Shown in pieces: positions 17,966 to 26,771 of a stretch of DNA of 64,000 nt; the stretch's first letter is position 1, and the number at the start of each line of letters is the position of its first letter. Both the position numbers and the translations under genes were made by a program. The notes beneath the pieces were generated by a model that was given only the letters and a program-made list of their open reading frames with translations, searched no databases and had not been told where the DNA came from. Source of the stretch: Dehalococcoidia bacterium (GTDB lineage Bacteria > Chloroflexota > Dehalococcoidia > Lucifugimonadales > Australimonadaceae); NCBI GenBank assembly GCA_965248065.1, contig OZ252088.1, forward strand, positions 2,002,389 through 2,066,388, given 5' to 3'.

Positions 17966-19030
17966 CTACACATTGAAGAAGCGTATCGCATTTCCGCCCA
18001 GCACGGCGGCCTTGTCGTCGTCCGTCAGGCCGGGGTAATGGGCAAGCTCGTCAATCTCCTCTTCGGCCTTGAGCGCATCCACCTCGTGGGGATAGTCGGA
18101 GGCGTAGGCGAACGGCGTCGGCCCGACACGCTCGACCAAGTGGCCGAGCGTTCCCTCGCTGCCCTCGCAACCGATCAGCACGCGCCCGCTCTTGACCCAT
18201 GCTTCGGCGTCGAGGCCGGAATCGCGCGGCCGGTACTCGTCCTCGCGGGCGATGCGGTCCAACACGAACGCCAGCCAGCCGGCGCCGCCTTCCATGAACC
18301 CCACCTTGAGGTCGGGGAAGCGGTCGATGGCGCCCTGGCGGAAGAACGATACGAAGTTGATGATCAGCGGCAACGGGTGATGAAGGATGTGCGAGGCGCC
18401 GTTGTCGGTGAAGCCCTCCATGCCCAGGTTGAGGTTCGAGCCGCCGTGGAGCGCGAGCACGCAGCCGAGGCGCTGGGCCTCCTCGTACACAGGCCAGTAC
18501 ATCTCGTGGCCGAGGTTCACCGGCAGCCCTCGCGTGGGCAACATCGCCCCCGGCAGTCCCAGGTCCTCCACGGCGCGGCGGAGCTCCTTCACTGCCTCGG
18601 TCACGTTCTGCATCGGGACCAGCGCCATGGGGTGCAGCCGGTCGCTGACGAGCCGGTACTTCGCGTGAACGTAATCGTTGAATCCCTGACACACCGCAAC
18701 CGCGTATTCCGGGTTCTGGATAATGCCCACGGCGAGCCCGGCGGTCGTGAACATGACGGCCTTCTCGATATCCGCGCGCTCCAGGAACGCCACCCAGTCT
18801 TCTCCGGAGCCCATGCGGTGCTCGCTCGCGTTCACTCGCTCGCGCCCGGCCGCTCCCGACCGTCGAGCCTGCGGCATGTGCATCCCGTCCAGACCGGGGA
18901 ACAGCCGGTCGATGTTGCGGCCCCCTCGGATGGACGACCTGAAAGGCTCCGGCATGAAGTCGAGCATCTCCGGGCCGGCCTCAATGATGTGGCCGTCGCA
19001 GTCGACGACCGGAAAACCGCGCTTCGCCAT
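17966..19030 (-). CDS. Amidohydrolase family 2 (ACMSD-like)
   Basis: VVDCDGHI and SDYPHE motifs. Paralog of the other three. Confidence 0.85.
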   Translation of the reverse strand: MAKRGFPVVDCDGHIIEAGPEMLDFMPEPFRSSIRGGRNIDRLFPGLDGMHMPQARRSGAAGRERVNASEHRMGSGEDWVAFLERADIEKAVMFTTAGLAVGIIQNPEYAVAVCQGFNDYVHAKYRLVSDRLHPMALVPMQNVTEAVKELRRAVEDLGLPGAMLPTRGLPVNLGHEMYWPVYEEAQRLGCVLALHGGSNLNLGMEGFTDNGASHILHHPLPLIINFVSFFRQGAIDRFPDLKVGFMEGGAGWLAFVLDRIAREDEYRPRDSGLDAEAWVKSGRVLIGCEGSEGTLGHLVERVGPTPFAYASDYPHEVDALKAEEEIDELAHYPGLTDDDKAAVLGGNAIRFFNV

Positions 19031-19189
19031 CTCGTTCCTCCTCCGGCCAGCAACGCCTGGCCCACGCCTACAATACGGCTGCTCTCGCCGGCACTATACG
19101 CCGTTCTCGCTCATTGCGCCCAGGGGGAGTCCGGGAGCCGCAGAGCGGAGTTGTTAGCATCGGACCCGCGCGAGGGATCTTCAGTCCAT

Positions 19190-19636
19190 TTATCCGACGT
19201 GCCGCTCCCGCGGATCAATCGCGTCGCGTAGCGAATCACCCAGTAGATTGAGGGCCAACACCAACAAGACTATGGCTAGGCCCGGGAAAACGGATAGCCA
19301 CCAACCATCCCGGATGTACCCTCGACCTTCGGAGACCATCAGCCCCCATGAAGGCGTGGGGGGAGGTATCCCAGCGCCCAGGAAACTAAGACCGGCCTCA
19401 AGGATGATTACCCAGCTTAGCTGGAGCGTCGCCAATACCACTAGAGGGTTAACGACGTTCGGGAAAATATGTCTCACGATAATACGTGTGCTGGAACCCC
19501 CTGCGATCTTCGCGAGCGCTACGAACTCTCGCTCCTTCAAACTGAGGACTTCTCCCCGAATAAGGCGAGCGAATCGTGCCCACATGGCCAGGGCTAACAC
19601 GACGATAACGACTGTTAATCCCGGACCGAACAGCAC
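19190..19636 (-). pseudogene. C-terminal fragment of an ABC peptide/nickel-type transporter permease (DppC/OppC-like)
   Basis: LFGPGL...ARLIRGEVLSLKEREFVALAKIAGGSSTRIIVRHIFPN...LSFLGAGIPPPTPSWG...NLLGDSLRDAIDPR is the conserved C-terminal half only. The N-terminal half is replaced by transposase-derived sequence. Confidence 0.7.
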
Positions 19637-19975
19637 GGCGAACATCACGCTCAGGCTCTTCAGGTCATCCGTGACCTCCGCCCAGGCGAGCCGGGTGCAG
19701 GCGTCGATCACGCACACCAGGTAGGAGCGCCGTCTGGCGCCCACGAGCAGGTCCTTGCTCAGGTGGTGGCAGTCCAGGTGGCCCAGCTCCCGGCCCGGGT
19801 CTTGATGATCTGGCGCTTGGACTGCTCCATCGGCGTGGTCAACCGGTCCAGACCGTGGCGCTTGCTGATGGCGTAGATCGTGGAGGGCGCCGGGGTGTGG
19901 GACTTCAACTTCGGCTTGAGTATGGCATAGGTCTCATAGCGGTTGGCGCCCTCGCGCCGCAGCTTGAGCACCCAT
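19637..19975 (-). pseudogene. Fragment of an rve/DDE integrase-core transposase (IS481/IS3-superfamily-like), frameshifted and truncated at both ends
   Basis: My translation gives ...STIYAISKRHGLDRL... in one frame and PGRELGHLDCHHLSKDLLVGARRRSYLVCVIDACTRLAWAEVTDDLKSLSVMF in another. It fuses in frame to the permease fragment. Confidence 0.5.
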
Positions 19976-21550
19976 CCAGTCTGGTGGGCCGGACTTGACG
20001 AAATCAAGAACCGAGGCCGATTCCGAGGTCACACCATCGTTCGGCATGGGGATGGTGTACGTCAGAACGGCCTCGTCTCCGTTGACCTTGATGCCCTCCA
20101 CGAAGTTGCGGATGAGCGCCTTGCACTCGGGGATAGTCCCTTCCTCCAGGAAGGCTCGGAAGTCCGCTACATACTCCTTGATCTCCTCCGTGGTCGGCAG
20201 CTCCACCCTGCGCTGTTCAAGCTGGCGCTCGGCATCATCTCGCGCAGCCTCCAGCTGCTCCTCGCGGTGCCTCAGAGACAGGATGCGGGGCGACAGGACC
20301 TCCAACGTCAGCTCGCTGGTCTCGATGGCCTCGTAGAGCTTCTCAAGCCGCTTCCGCACGTCTCCTAGCTCCGCCTCGATGACCTCCAGCCTGCCGGACA
20401 GCTCTCCGGCCATGGCGTCGATCTCCTCAGCCACCATCGTTACAAGCTCGACGATGGTCTCCTCAGTCAGGATCCGCTCTCTGATCTTCTCGACGACGAA
20501 CGCCTCCAGCCTGGGAGCGTTCAGGTAGCGGGCGCTGCACGTCCCTGCGCCCTCCGTGAACAGGGTGCCGCAGATGTAGTAGGCGAACTGGCCGCTCTTG
20601 GCTCCCTGGGCTCTGTAGGGCCTGCCGCACACACCGCACTTGAGCAAACCGCTCAGCAGGAACTTGCTTCCCACTCTAGCGGGCCTCTGCACCTTCGGCG
20701 CACGCTCCCGCATGGCTTCCTGAACGGCGTCGAACATCTCCCTCGACACCAGCGCGGGCCACGCCCCCTCAACCCTCACCGGGTCCTGGGCCTTCTCTCC
20801 CTTGCTGGTTTTGCCCCAGACGGCGGCGCCGGTGTAGGCTTCATTGGTGAGCAGGTAGTGGAGTCCGCCTTTGTTCCAGCGTTTGCCCCTGTTGGTGATG
20901 CCCCGGCCGTTCAGGGTCTTGCATATCTCCTTGAGGCCGTTGCCACTGAGCGAGCTCTCGAACATCTCCTTCACTACCGGAGCGGCGGCCGGGTCAACCT
21001 CCAACGTGGGACGCTCCTTCGCCCCGTCGCTGACCTTGACCCGCTTGTAGCCGAAGGGGGCAATGGAGGCAAGGAAGAAGCCCCGTGACGCGGCCTCCCG
21101 CATACCCCGGACAACCTCCTGCGCCAAATTCTCGCTGTAGAATTCGTCCACGCTCTCGATGATGGCCTCCATGAGCTTCCCGGTCGGGGAGTCGTCGGCG
21201 TGCTCGGTGATGGACACAACCCTGATGCCCTTGCGCCGTAGCATCGACTTGAAGGCGACTGCGTGCTCCCGCTTGCGGGTGAAGCGGCTGAACTTCCAGA
21301 CGAGGATGACCTCAAAGGGGGCCTTCGGCTGGCTGCCCTGCTCGATCATCTCCCTGAACTGGGGCCGGTCCGCCACGCGGCCGCTCTCGGCCTCGTCCAC
21401 GTACTCGCGGGCGACGGAGTAGCCGTTGGCCTTGGCGTAGTCCCTGAGCGCCCTCAGCTGGGCGGACACGGACAGGTCCACGTCCTGCCGCTCGCTGGAC
21501 ACCCTGGCGTACAGGGCCGCCGGGGTGAGCGGCTGTAGTTGCTTCTTCAT
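19934..21550 (-). CDS. Large serine recombinase (resolvase/invertase N-domain plus recombinase and zinc-ribbon domains, coiled-coil)
   Basis: The catalytic region AALYARVSSERQD, the zinc ribbon CGVCGRPYRA...YYICG and a long coiled-coil. The last ~15 codons lie beyond the predicted island boundary. Confidence 0.9.
   Translation of the reverse strand: MKKQLQPLTPAALYARVSSERQDVDLSVSAQLRALRDYAKANGYSVAREYVDEAESGRVADRPQFREMIEQGSQPKAPFEVILVWKFSRFTRKREHAVAFKSMLRRKGIRVVSITEHADDSPTGKLMEAIIESVDEFYSENLAQEVVRGMREAASRGFFLASIAPFGYKRVKVSDGAKERPTLEVDPAAAPVVKEMFESSLSGNGLKEICKTLNGRGITNRGKRWNKGGLHYLLTNEAYTGAAVWGKTSKGEKAQDPVRVEGAWPALVSREMFDAVQEAMRERAPKVQRPARVGSKFLLSGLLKCGVCGRPYRAQGAKSGQFAYYICGTLFTEGAGTCSARYLNAPRLEAFVVEKIRERILTEETIVELVTMVAEEIDAMAGELSGRLEVIEAELGDVRKRLEKLYEAIETSELTLEVLSPRILSLRHREEQLEAARDDAERQLEQRRVELPTTEEIKEYVADFRAFLEEGTIPECKALIRNFVEGIKVNGDEAVLTYTIPMPNDGVTSESASVLDFVKSGPPDWMGAQAAARGRQPL
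19978..19998. repeat. attL-like copy of the tRNA 3' end
   Basis: agtctggtgggccgg-acttga equals the tRNA-proximal sequence at 37883-37908 apart from a 5-bp gap (gcagg). Confidence 0.55.
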
Positions 21551-21580
21551 GGCGATTCCTCCTTGGTCTCTTGGTCTGGT

Positions 21581-22051
21581 CTATCGCGGCTGATTCGGGC
21601 CGCGCGTCTCTTCTCCAACGACCGCCACTGCCGGGTCTGCGGTATCTGCGGCGGTCACGTGCAACCGCTGTCCGATGGCTCCCAGGGCGGCGTCCATCTG
21701 GTCGATCCGTGACCGGTGCTGAACGTCCAGCACCCTGTCCACCTGCGGCATGTGCCATCCCAGGCGACGGGCCAGCTCAGCCTTGCCGACGCCCTGGTCT
21801 CTCATCCCCTGGTACAGCATCACCTTCACCGAAGTCAGCGTTGGCAGTGCGGCGTAGGTCTCGCCTCGTGATGGCGTGGGAATGTCCTTGCGGTCATGGA
21901 TACGGGCCGCTATCGCCTCTTCCAGCGCGTGGACGGCGCGGGCGATCGCCTCCTCCCGGTCGTCTCCGAAGGTGGTCAGCTCCGGGAAGTCGGGGGAGGT
22001 CACCAACACGGTCCCGTCATCATCTTCAAGCGTTATCGGATAGGCAAGCAT
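21581..22051 (-). CDS. hicB: HicB-family antitoxin with C-terminal HTH domain
   Basis: MLAYPITLEDDDGTVLVTSPDFPELTTFGDDREEAIARAVHALEEAI (HicB fold) followed by an HTH (GVGKAELARRLGWHMPQVDRVL). It abuts hicA. Confidence 0.8.
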   Translation of the reverse strand: MLAYPITLEDDDGTVLVTSPDFPELTTFGDDREEAIARAVHALEEAIAARIHDRKDIPTPSRGETYAALPTLTSVKVMLYQGMRDQGVGKAELARRLGWHMPQVDRVLDVQHRSRIDQMDAALGAIGQRLHVTAADTADPAVAVVGEETRGPNQPR

Positions 22052-22239
22052 CAGTCCAACCCCAAGTCTTTCTTGATCTTCTCTACGAGTCTGCGTCCAA
22101 GCTCCTTGCCGCCTCCGTGCATCGGAAGTTGGCTGGTGCGGTCTCCGAGCCGGATGGTGAGATGCCCGCTGCCTCCCTTGTGGGTGTGGAAGGTGCAGCC
22201 CTGCCTTCTCAGCCAGCGTCGAAGCTCTCGTGCGTTCAT
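22051..22239 (-). CDS. hicA: HicA-family toxin
   Basis: 62 aa with LRRQGCTFHTHKGGSGHLTI. Confidence 0.85.
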   Translation of the reverse strand: MNARELRRWLRRQGCTFHTHKGGSGHLTIRLGDRTSQLPMHGGGKELGRRLVEKIKKDLGLD

Positions 22240-22519
22240 CCCTTCATATCATGCACAACATTTGCGTTGTTGTCAACATCCGCGTTGTCCTTGCACAAAT
22301 CGACCCGGGCTTGCGCACAGGCCCCCCTCAGAAGGCGCGGGATTCGCGGTGTCGCTTGGGGTGCTCTACCCGTGTACAGGAGAATGCGGGGGGCGGCAAG
22401 TTGCAGGGCGGGCGATTCCATAGCTGAAATCGGGGTGAACGGCGCTGCCTGCTACATCGGAGCAAGCAATCCGATTCCGTAGCTCCTTCCACTCCTATAG
22501 GACAGCCTCAGCTACGAGA

Positions 22520-22570
22520 GTGGACAAAGTGCCGGTCGGCGAGTCGGGCGGAAGTGGACAAAATGCCGGT
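22520..22570. promoter_or_regulatory. Two 17-bp direct repeats GTGGACAAA(G/A)TGCCGGT, 34 bp apart (iteron/operator candidate)
   Basis: 22520-22536 and 22554-22570, in an apparently non-coding ~1 kb stretch of the island. Confidence 0.35.
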
Positions 22571-22633
22571 GGGGTTTGCGGGCGTGAATTGAGAGCATGG
22601 TCTGAAGGCTCGGCGCCGGTTCCCGTGAGCCGC

Positions 22634-22846
22634 TCAGTCTGCGTCCTCGCCCTCCGCCGGCGGCTCCGGCGCAGCCCCGGACCGGAGCGCCCGACGCCGC
22701 AGGTGAGCGCGGGCGATCATTCGGGCCAGGATGCGAAGCCCGCGCCGCACCGCCTCCTGCTGCTCGGCGGAGTGCGCCGTCGCCCGGCGATTGTTCGATG
22801 GTCTCCGCGCCAACTCTTTCCCTCTCTGCGGTTTGCCGCGACTCAT
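22634..22846 (-). CDS. Hypothetical small basic protein (70 aa)
   Basis: ORF from MSRGKPQRGKE... No recognisable domain and weak support. Confidence 0.3.
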   Translation of the reverse strand: MSRGKPQRGKELARRPSNNRRATAHSAEQQEAVRRGLRILARMIARAHLRRRALRSGAAPEPPAEGEDAD

Positions 22847-23316
22847 CGGATCGCGGCTCTCGCAAGAGAGTGTGCACAATCGCAACGCGGAATAAGACCT
22901 CCCATAGCTCTGCGCACGGATGCGGGGCGCTATAGGCTCTCTTTTTTTCGGCCCCTTCCGCGCAGTACTGGGGGTGTACAGGAGTTTGAGTTTGGTAACA
23001 GAATGGCGAGAGGCGTGAGTTCGTAGCTGAAACAGGGGTAAATCACCCCTCTACAGGACATAAAAGAGTGAACACTTTTAGAAAGGGTGCGTTCCGGACG
23101 GCATTGACATCGCCAAACGTGGGGAATGACATCCGCAGGCCCGTGGGAGCGGCGGCTCAATGACATTAGGCCCCGGAAAAGGCGATTGAAGTGGGGGTGC
23201 GTTACGTCCCGTTAAGACGGAGACGAAGACCGGGGTGACGTGCCTGCGGCACTGGCGATCACCCGGACGGGATACGCAGACCTAGCTATTTATGAGATAA
23301 TTGGCATTAAAGAGAG

Positions 23317-23817
23317 GTGCGTATGATGCTCGGCTTGCGGCGGGCCGGTCGCCGATGCGCAGGGTTCTTCCTTCTCGGCGTGCTGGCCGTTGTTTCGCTC
23401 TCGGCATGTGGTCCCACGCCCCAGGCCACACCGTTGCCCGACTTGGTAATAGAGATTGAGGCTCGGTTGAAATCGAATCCCGATATCGTGTATGGAGACG
23501 GTTGCATAGCCTCCAGCAGCGCGCGCTTGTCGCCTCACGTCGGAGAAGTAACCGCCCACGTCAGGAACGTTGGAGGTGGAGATGCGGGAAGTTTCACTGT
23601 TCAACTGAACAACTTCAACGCAGAAACGGTGGACGGCCTGAAAGCCGGGGCATCTACGACGGTCGTGCTCTCCGAGAGTGCTCGCAGTGAGAACGTCGCC
23701 GTCGTAGATGCCGGTTCCTCTATCGACGAGAGCGACGAGTCCAACAACACCGCCGAGGCGTTCATTCCAGTCCCTACCATCGCCCCGTTTCCAACCTGCA
23801 CACCTGAGTCCCGCTGA
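23317..23817 (+). CDS. Lipoprotein with CARDB-like domain
   Basis: Signal peptide plus lipobox (VSLSAC). PDLVI...VRNVGGGDAGSFTVQL...LKAGASTTVVL...IDESDESNN matches the CARDB pattern. Confidence 0.7.
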   Translation: MRMMLGLRRAGRRCAGFFLLGVLAVVSLSACGPTPQATPLPDLVIEIEARLKSNPDIVYGDGCIASSSARLSPHVGEVTAHVRNVGGGDAGSFTVQLNNFNAETVDGLKAGASTTVVLSESARSENVAVVDAGSSIDESDESNNTAEAFIPVPTIAPFPTCTPESR

Positions 23818-24101
23818 CGATGGCGTTCCGCAAGCCCCGGACAGACAGGGAGAGGTGGTGAGGGCCAAGGCTTCCCCTACAGCATGTGGGGGAGCGTGAA
23901 GTGGCGGGTGGCGTTGTCGGACCGCAGGGTGTTCCACGTCAACCATTCTTGTCTTGCCGGTCGCGCGACAATCATTTTTGCCGGGGTCGGTGCGGGCTGC
24001 TGCTGTGTGGCTAATCGAGTGCGACGGCTACCCCTCAGGGAGTAGTCACTTCTGGCATCCGAGCGAGCAATTCAGGGGCTGGAGATCATCAAGGCAGGCC
24101 C

Positions 24102-24566
24102 CTACCTCAGCACAAACCACCACAGGAGAACGCTGCCGATCAGCAGCGCCAACAGCACGAAGACGGTCGCGCGTACTGCGATGAACAGATCATTCGTCTC
24201 CTTGTGCGCGGCGACCTCCTTCTGGTACGCCCTCTCAAGCTCCTGATACGGCCGTCTGCCGGCGGATGCGGACTCCCTGGCCTCATCCCGCTCCCGCTCC
24301 AAGTCGGATGCTCTAAGCTTCAACTCCGACACGGTTTGCTCCAACTCCCGCACGGTCTGCTGAAGCTCGTCCTCCCTGGCGATGGCCCGGCGCAGCAGCT
24401 CCGCGTCGCTCAGATACTCCGGCCCCAGCATCCGTACGAACACCCGGCGGCCCTCCCGGACAACCTCGATCTCTCCCATCCTGATCTTCCGGTTCAGGGT
24501 CGAGAGGGATATCTCCATCTCCTCAGCCGCCTCCGCTTTCGTCACCCAGCGGACAGGCTCATCCAT
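24102..24566 (-). CDS. Excisionase/MerR-type HTH protein with coiled-coil and C-terminal transmembrane helix
   Basis: WVTKAEAAEEMEISLSTLNRKIRMGEIEVVREGRRVFV (excisionase-family HTH), a heptad-rich middle and the C-terminal FVLLALLIGSVLLWWFVL. Confidence 0.65.
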   Translation of the reverse strand: MDEPVRWVTKAEAAEEMEISLSTLNRKIRMGEIEVVREGRRVFVRMLGPEYLSDAELLRRAIAREDELQQTVRELEQTVSELKLRASDLERERDEARESASAGRRPYQELERAYQKEVAAHKETNDLFIAVRATVFVLLALLIGSVLLWWFVLR

Positions 24567-24670
24567 CGCTGTTCACCCTCCTATCGGCTGACACGTCAGC
24601 GGTTGTATCGGGGGTACAAAATGTACTCGGACGCGTTCTTTATTTTAGCACAGCTTCCCATTTTGCCCCC

Positions 24671-24692
24671 TGACATGTCAGGCGACATGTCA
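24671..24692. promoter_or_regulatory. Tandem palindromic boxes TGACATGTCA / GACATGTCA (operator candidate)
   Basis: Located about 105-125 nt upstream of the HTH gene start (24566). Confidence 0.35.
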
Positions 24693-26583
24693 ACCCCATT
24701 TCGTAGCTAAAACAGGGTGATTTCGGTGTCGGCAGACCTCGACAATCACCCTGCCGGACGCATTTTGCAACTCCCAGCCAGCATAGAGGGGAGATAGGGA
24801 CGCATCGTCCCTATCTCCCCCTACAGGACGGGGACGCATCCGGTGATAGAGCGAGTCCCACTGGTAGGCTCTCAGCTCGGACAGGGACCGTCGGGGGGAC
24901 TCCGGTTCCCACAGTGGACGCCAGGAACAGCCAAGTATCCCTGTGCTGGACAGAACGGGGATGCAGGACACGAGGATGGGCAGGGACATCCGGCTCATCC
25001 GGGCGGCGGTGCGCACGTAGGTGTCCTCGACGTCCTCCGTGTCCACGACGAATAGAGTAGTGGGGAACGGCGGCTGGTCGTCTTCATGCTCGGGCGACCA
25101 GTAGTAGCTCGTGTAGGGGCTCAGACGGGCGATGACTCCCCTGGGGTGACGGGCGCGAAGCTCGTACTCGAAGTAGAACGGCACGTGAAGGCCCCCGGCG
25201 ATCACCTTCCCCACGGCGGTCCGGTGCGATGGCGGAACCGCCCCAGTTGTAGGCCCGGTCGGACCTGGCGGTGGGGACGGACCACAAGAGCTCGCTGTCG
25301 GGGTCTGCCCTGGCCTCGGCCTCCAGCTTCGAGAGGAACCACGTGATGCCGTCGGCGTGCTTCGTCTGCCGAGCCCACGTCTCGATGCGGTGGCCCACGT
25401 GCCGTCTGCGGCCCTGTGTGTCGGTGGTGAGGGCCGTGCTCCAGATGCCCCGTGTGGTGGGCAGCTGGGCGCGGTCCCTGTGGGTGACGTAGCGAATGCC
25501 CTCGGCGGACAGCGCGTAGCGGGTGTCTCCGCGTTGTCCTCGACGCTCGACAAGGCCCCAGGTGTTCACGAGGCTGTGCATCATCTGGCTTACGCGCCCC
25601 TCGGAGACGCCGAGCCAATTGGCCAGGTGCTCGCGGGGGATCATCGGGTGGTCGGTCACTAGGTCGAGCGTCCGCTTCTCGGAGGGGCTGAGGCCGAAGG
25701 CCGGCGCAGCCCGCGCCATCCGCTCGGGACGGGGCAGCGACGCCCGCTTCCGCTCCGGCGACTGAGTGCGAGGCCCTCCGCCGGGGCTGGCGCCGGAGAT
25801 CACGCCCTTCAGCGAGAAGAACCTGCTGCCTATCACCCACGAGGTGCAACACCAGAGGCGAAGGTCCCGTCTTTCGAGGGCGTCCCTGGACTCCACGCCG
25901 ACGTAGCAGTCGCGGATGTTCCGCTCCTCGCAGAACCTCGTCGTCAGTCTCTCCTCCCAGACGCTGGGCACCAGGATCAGAACGGTGTCGGGGCGGCGCG
26001 TATAGTCGTACTCCGCTATGGCTCTCAGCCTGTCGTAGAGCGACCGGCACCGCAGGGCGAGCCCCTGGCGCACGATGCCGAAGCTGCGGCCGTCGTGGAG
26101 GGTGATGGTGGCGTCGAAGCGTCCTCGTCGGTGGAACTCCACGTGGGACCGAAGCCCGTCGATGCCGGGTGACAGTGAGGCTGCGAGGCGGTAGACGGCG
26201 GCAACCGCGTCCATCCTGCGGATGAGCAGCATCAGCCATTCCCTGGACAAGGGGTAGGCCCGCACGAAGTCCGAGGGCGTCGCAAAGCCGGGCACCTGGG
26301 CGGCTTCGCCGATGCCCTTTGCCGTCAGGTAGTATCTCTGGCTCGAAGGCAGGTGGGCGGTCCCGTGACTTACCCTCCCGACGATGCCGTCAGCTAGCAG
26401 GCCGGTCAGGGCGCGGTGGACCGTCGCGTGGGCCTCGCCTAGGATGCGTGCCAACTCCGCCGAATCGACGAACGGCGTCCGGCTGAGGGAGTCGAGCAAC
26501 TGTCGTTCGGAGAGGGGCATATCCGGGTCCCCGTTTCGCGCTGTGCCGTATTCGGGCAATTGCTCTAGATTGCAGTTGTCCAA
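24690..26583 (-). pseudogene. Replication-relaxation (Replic_Relax)-like protein with tandem winged-helix domains, frameshifted near 25200
   Basis: Two wHTH-like segments (LSRTPFVDSAELARILGEAHATVHRALTGL and MIPREHLANWLGVSEGRVSQMMHSL). The expected C-terminal core ...PDxxG...FYFEYELRARHP continues in a +1 frame (ORF 24690..25553). An alternative start is at 26520. Confidence 0.55.
24788..24820. other. Perfect 15-bp-stem hairpin GGGGAGATAGGGACG-CAT-CGTCCCTATCTCCCC
   Basis: The arms are exact reverse complements. It lies in the 3' tail of the replication-relaxation-like gene. Its role (terminator, oriT-like site or recombination site) is unknown. Confidence 0.6.
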
Positions 26584-26771
26584 CTATCAATTGTCGCGGG
26601 GGAAAGCGTCGTATGTAATGCCTTGCAAGCCATTGTGTCGAATCCAATCTTGTGGTAGGGCGAAGGGGCCAGCAGGCTCGGCTGTGGCTAGTCAACGGGA
26701 GCGTGGCTTGGGCAGCGCGATGCAGAGCCCGGGGTGAAGCTCCGGGGCAGACTGGAGGGGGAATACCCGCA

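Noticed and set aside
9286-22239. Two HicAB pairs (8945-9486 and 21581-22239) as a duplicated system.
   Set aside because: The protein sequences are clearly different (different HicB architectures). They are independent, ordinary type II TA modules, one chromosomal and one on the island.
23290-23946. 218 aa minus-strand ORF.
   Set aside because: It is antisense to the CARDB lipoprotein gene, which has a signal peptide, a lipobox and domain motifs.
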